This document shows, piece by piece, positions 61,266 through 64,000 of a stretch of 64,000 nucleotides of DNA. This stretch comes from Gammaproteobacteria bacterium (lineage in GTDB: Bacteria > Pseudomonadota > Gammaproteobacteria > Eutrophobiales > Eutrophobiaceae), in the NCBI GenBank assembly GCA_965215365.1, contig CBDCDS010000003.1, positions 2,176,001 through 2,240,000 of the forward strand. The letters run 5' to 3'. Made by a program: the position numbers and the translations under genes. The number at the start of each line of letters is the position of its first letter. The first letter of the stretch is position 1. Below the pieces are notes generated by a model that searched no databases, was not told the origin of the DNA, and worked only from the letters and a program-made list of their open reading frames with translations.

Positions 61266-61580
61266 TCAACTCAGTTTTATCTGGACATCCACACCGGCGG
61301 CCAGATCCAGCTTCATCAACGCATCAACCGTCTTGTCGGTGGGGTTGATAATATCTACCAGACGCTTGTGTGTCCTGATTTCGTATTGATCCCTAGCATC
61401 CTTGTTGACATGGGGAGAGATCAATACCGTGTAGCGTTCTTTTTTGGTCGGCAGCGGAATCGGCCCCTTCACCTGGGCACCGGTACGGCGCGCAGTCTCG
61501 ACGATTTCCCGGGTTGACTGATCAATCAGCCGGTGGTCGAACGCTTTCAACCTTATTCTTATAACCTGTTGTTGTGCCAT
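61266..61580 (-). CDS. rpsJ: 30S ribosomal protein S10
   Basis: [23 protein letters not shown]. Confidence 0.99.
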   Translation of the reverse strand: MAQQQVIRIRLKAFDHRLIDQSTREIVETARRTGAQVKGPIPLPTKKERYTVLISPHVNKDARDQYEIRTHKRLVDIINPTDKTVDALMKLDLAAGVDVQIKLS

Positions 61581-61607
61581 TACTTTATCGCTCTCTACCC
61601 GGGGTTA

Positions 61608-63713
61608 TCAAGATGCTGATTTTTTCGTGATTTCATCCGAGATGCCAGCGGGAACCGGCGTATATCTGGAGAATTCCATGGTGTAGGTGGCGCGCCCCTG
61701 GGTGGCCGACCGCAATGCCGTGGCATAGCCGAACATCTGCTCTAATGGAACTTGCGCCTTGATGATAGTGCCGGCGGGCGAACTGACTGTTTCCGACAAC
61801 ATAGCCCGACGCCGACTCAGGTCACCCGTCACCGAACCCAAGTAGTCTTCCGGCGTTACTACCTCCACCTCCATAAGCGGTTCTAGTAACACCGGGGCGG
61901 CCCGACCGGCACCATCCTTAAAGCCCATGGAGCCGGCTATTTTGAAGGCCATTTCACTTGAGTCAACCTCATGGTAGGAGCCGTCATACAGGGTGACTTT
62001 CACATCCACCACCGGATAGCCGGCTATCACACCGTTCTCCATCTGCTCTTGTATGCCCTTGTCCACAGCCGGGATAAAATCCTTGGGTACTGCGCCGCCG
62101 ACAATTTTGTTGATAAATTCGTAACCGTGGCCAGGCTCCTGCGGTTCGATTTTCAGTATCACGTGACCGTATTGACCGCGACCACCGCTCTGGCGCACGA
62201 ACCTGCCTTCTGCCTTCTCTACCGGCTTGCATATAGTTTCCCGGTAAGCCACCTGAGGCTTGCCGACGTTGGCGTCAACCTTGAACTCCCGTTTCAACCG
62301 ATCGACGATGATTTCCAGATGCAGCTCACCCATGCCGGAGATGATGGTCTGTCCGGATTCATCATCGGTATGCACCTTGAACGAGGGATCCTCCTGGGCC
62401 AGCTTGCCCAGCGCCAGGCCCATTTTCTCCTGGTCGGGCCGGGTTTTCGGTTCGACGGCAATAGAGATGACGGGTTCGGGAAATTCCATTCGCTCCAGAA
62501 TAATGGAGTCATTGGCCGGACACAGGGTATCACCGGTGGTGACGTCCTTAAGTCCCACCGCCGCGGCGATATCACCCGCCCGTACTTCTTTTATTTCTTC
62601 GCGCGAGTTGGCATGCATCTGCAAAATGCGTCCGATACGCTCTTTCTTGCCTTTTATCGGGTTCAGGATCGTATCACCGGATTTCAATATGCCGGAATAG
62701 ACCCGGAAAAAGGTTAAAGACCCGACAAACGGGTCGGTGGCTATCTTGAAGGCCAACGCTGCGAACGGTTCGGTATCGGACGATTGCCGGGTAATTTCGG
62801 TCTCGGCACCGTTGGCGCGCACGCCGGTGACCGCCGGCACATCAACCGGTGCCGGCAGATAGTCGATGACCGCATCTAGCATGCTCTGCACGCCCTTGTT
62901 CTTAAATGCGGAACCGCACAGCACCGGCACTATTTCATTGGCCAAGGTTCTGACCCTGAGACCGCGTTTAATCTCTGCTGCCGTCAAATCACCTTCTTCC
63001 AGGTACTGTTCCATCAATGTATCATCAGCTTCTGCGGCGGCCTCCACCAGCTGCTCACGGGCTTGCTCACAGACCTCCGTCAGCTGCGCCGGAAGGTCTT
63101 CCTCGGTAAAGGTCATGCCCTTGTTCCGGTCGTCCCAGTAAATCGCCTTGAGTCGGAGCAGGTCAACAACCCCCCGGAATTTGTCCTCCGCGCCAATCGG
63201 CAGCTGCAGCGGCACCGGCGTGCTGCCCAGCCGTTCCCGGATCTGGTTGACCACCCTGGCGAAATCCGCCCCGGCGCGATCCATCTTGTTGACAAAGGCC
63301 AGTCTTGGCACCTGATACTTATTGGCCTGGCGCCATACTGTCTCTGACTGCGGCTCGACCCCACCGACGGCGCAAAATACCGCGCAGGCACTGTCCAGCA
63401 CCCGTAGCGAGCGCTCCACCTCAATGGTAAAATCCACATGCCCGGGGGTGTCGATGATATTGATGCGATGTTCCGGGTATTGACCGGCCATACCTTTCCA
63501 GAAACAGGTGGTCGCAGCGGAAGTGATGGTGATGCCGCGCTCCTGCTCCTGTTCCATCCAGTCCATGGTGGCGGCACCATCGTGCACCTCGCCAATCTTG
63601 TGGGAAACGCCGGTGTAATACAGAATACGCTCTGTAGTAGTCGTCTTGCCCGCGTCAATATGGGCCATAATGCCGATATTACGATAACGTTCAATGGGGG
63701 TGCTGCGCGGCAT
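61608..63713 (-). CDS. fusA: Elongation factor G
   Basis: [43 protein letters not shown]. Confidence 0.99.
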   Translation of the reverse strand: MPRSTPIERYRNIGIMAHIDAGKTTTTERILYYTGVSHKIGEVHDGAATMDWMEQEQERGITITSAATTCFWKGMAGQYPEHRINIIDTPGHVDFTIEVERSLRVLDSACAVFCAVGGVEPQSETVWRQANKYQVPRLAFVNKMDRAGADFARVVNQIRERLGSTPVPLQLPIGAEDKFRGVVDLLRLKAIYWDDRNKGMTFTEEDLPAQLTEVCEQAREQLVEAAAEADDTLMEQYLEEGDLTAAEIKRGLRVRTLANEIVPVLCGSAFKNKGVQSMLDAVIDYLPAPVDVPAVTGVRANGAETEITRQSSDTEPFAALAFKIATDPFVGSLTFFRVYSGILKSGDTILNPIKGKKERIGRILQMHANSREEIKEVRAGDIAAAVGLKDVTTGDTLCPANDSIILERMEFPEPVISIAVEPKTRPDQEKMGLALGKLAQEDPSFKVHTDDESGQTIISGMGELHLEIIVDRLKREFKVDANVGKPQVAYRETICKPVEKAEGRFVRQSGGRGQYGHVILKIEPQEPGHGYEFINKIVGGAVPKDFIPAVDKGIQEQMENGVIAGYPVVDVKVTLYDGSYHEVDSSEMAFKIAGSMGFKDGAGRAAPVLLEPLMEVEVVTPEDYLGSVTGDLSRRRAMLSETVSSPAGTIIKAQVPLEQMFGYATALRSATQGRATYTMEFSRYTPVPAGISDEITKKSAS

Positions 63714-63737
63714 GACTGAATAACTCCTTCCCCGTTG

Positions 63738-64000
<263 letters not shown>

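Overview
Gammaproteobacterial chromosomal segment in three parts. (1) 1-34 kb: a partial type III-like DNA methyltransferase and housekeeping genes (yheT, dsbB, ffh, ypjD, corB, gor, ampG). These are followed by a large cofactor cluster: modABC; moaA/C/D/E, moeA, mobAB and fdhD; pqqB separated from pqqCDE; H4MPT/methanofuran-linked orf20/orf19/mfnB plus a pterin carbinolamine dehydratase; and folP. (2) 34-48 kb: a porin, a hicBA locus hit by both an IS66 carrying a DNA methyltransferase and a TTAA-flanked MITE, a tungsten-type aldehyde oxidoreductase operon, PQQ-associated periplasmic genes, tRNA-Thr, hipBA and tmRNA. (3) 48-64 kb: the str/S10/spc/alpha ribosomal cluster, with no tuf between fusA and rpsJ. 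The most striking unexplained structure is a dispersed ~30-bp (GCAGAT)x3 inverted-repeat family. It occurs around an internally deleted GxxExxY nuclease gene, as empty IR pairs, and as solo arms that supply C-terminal tails to host proteins, which suggests a GxxExxY-associated mobile/REP-like system. All calls come from reading the sequence and remembered family motifs; no searches were run.
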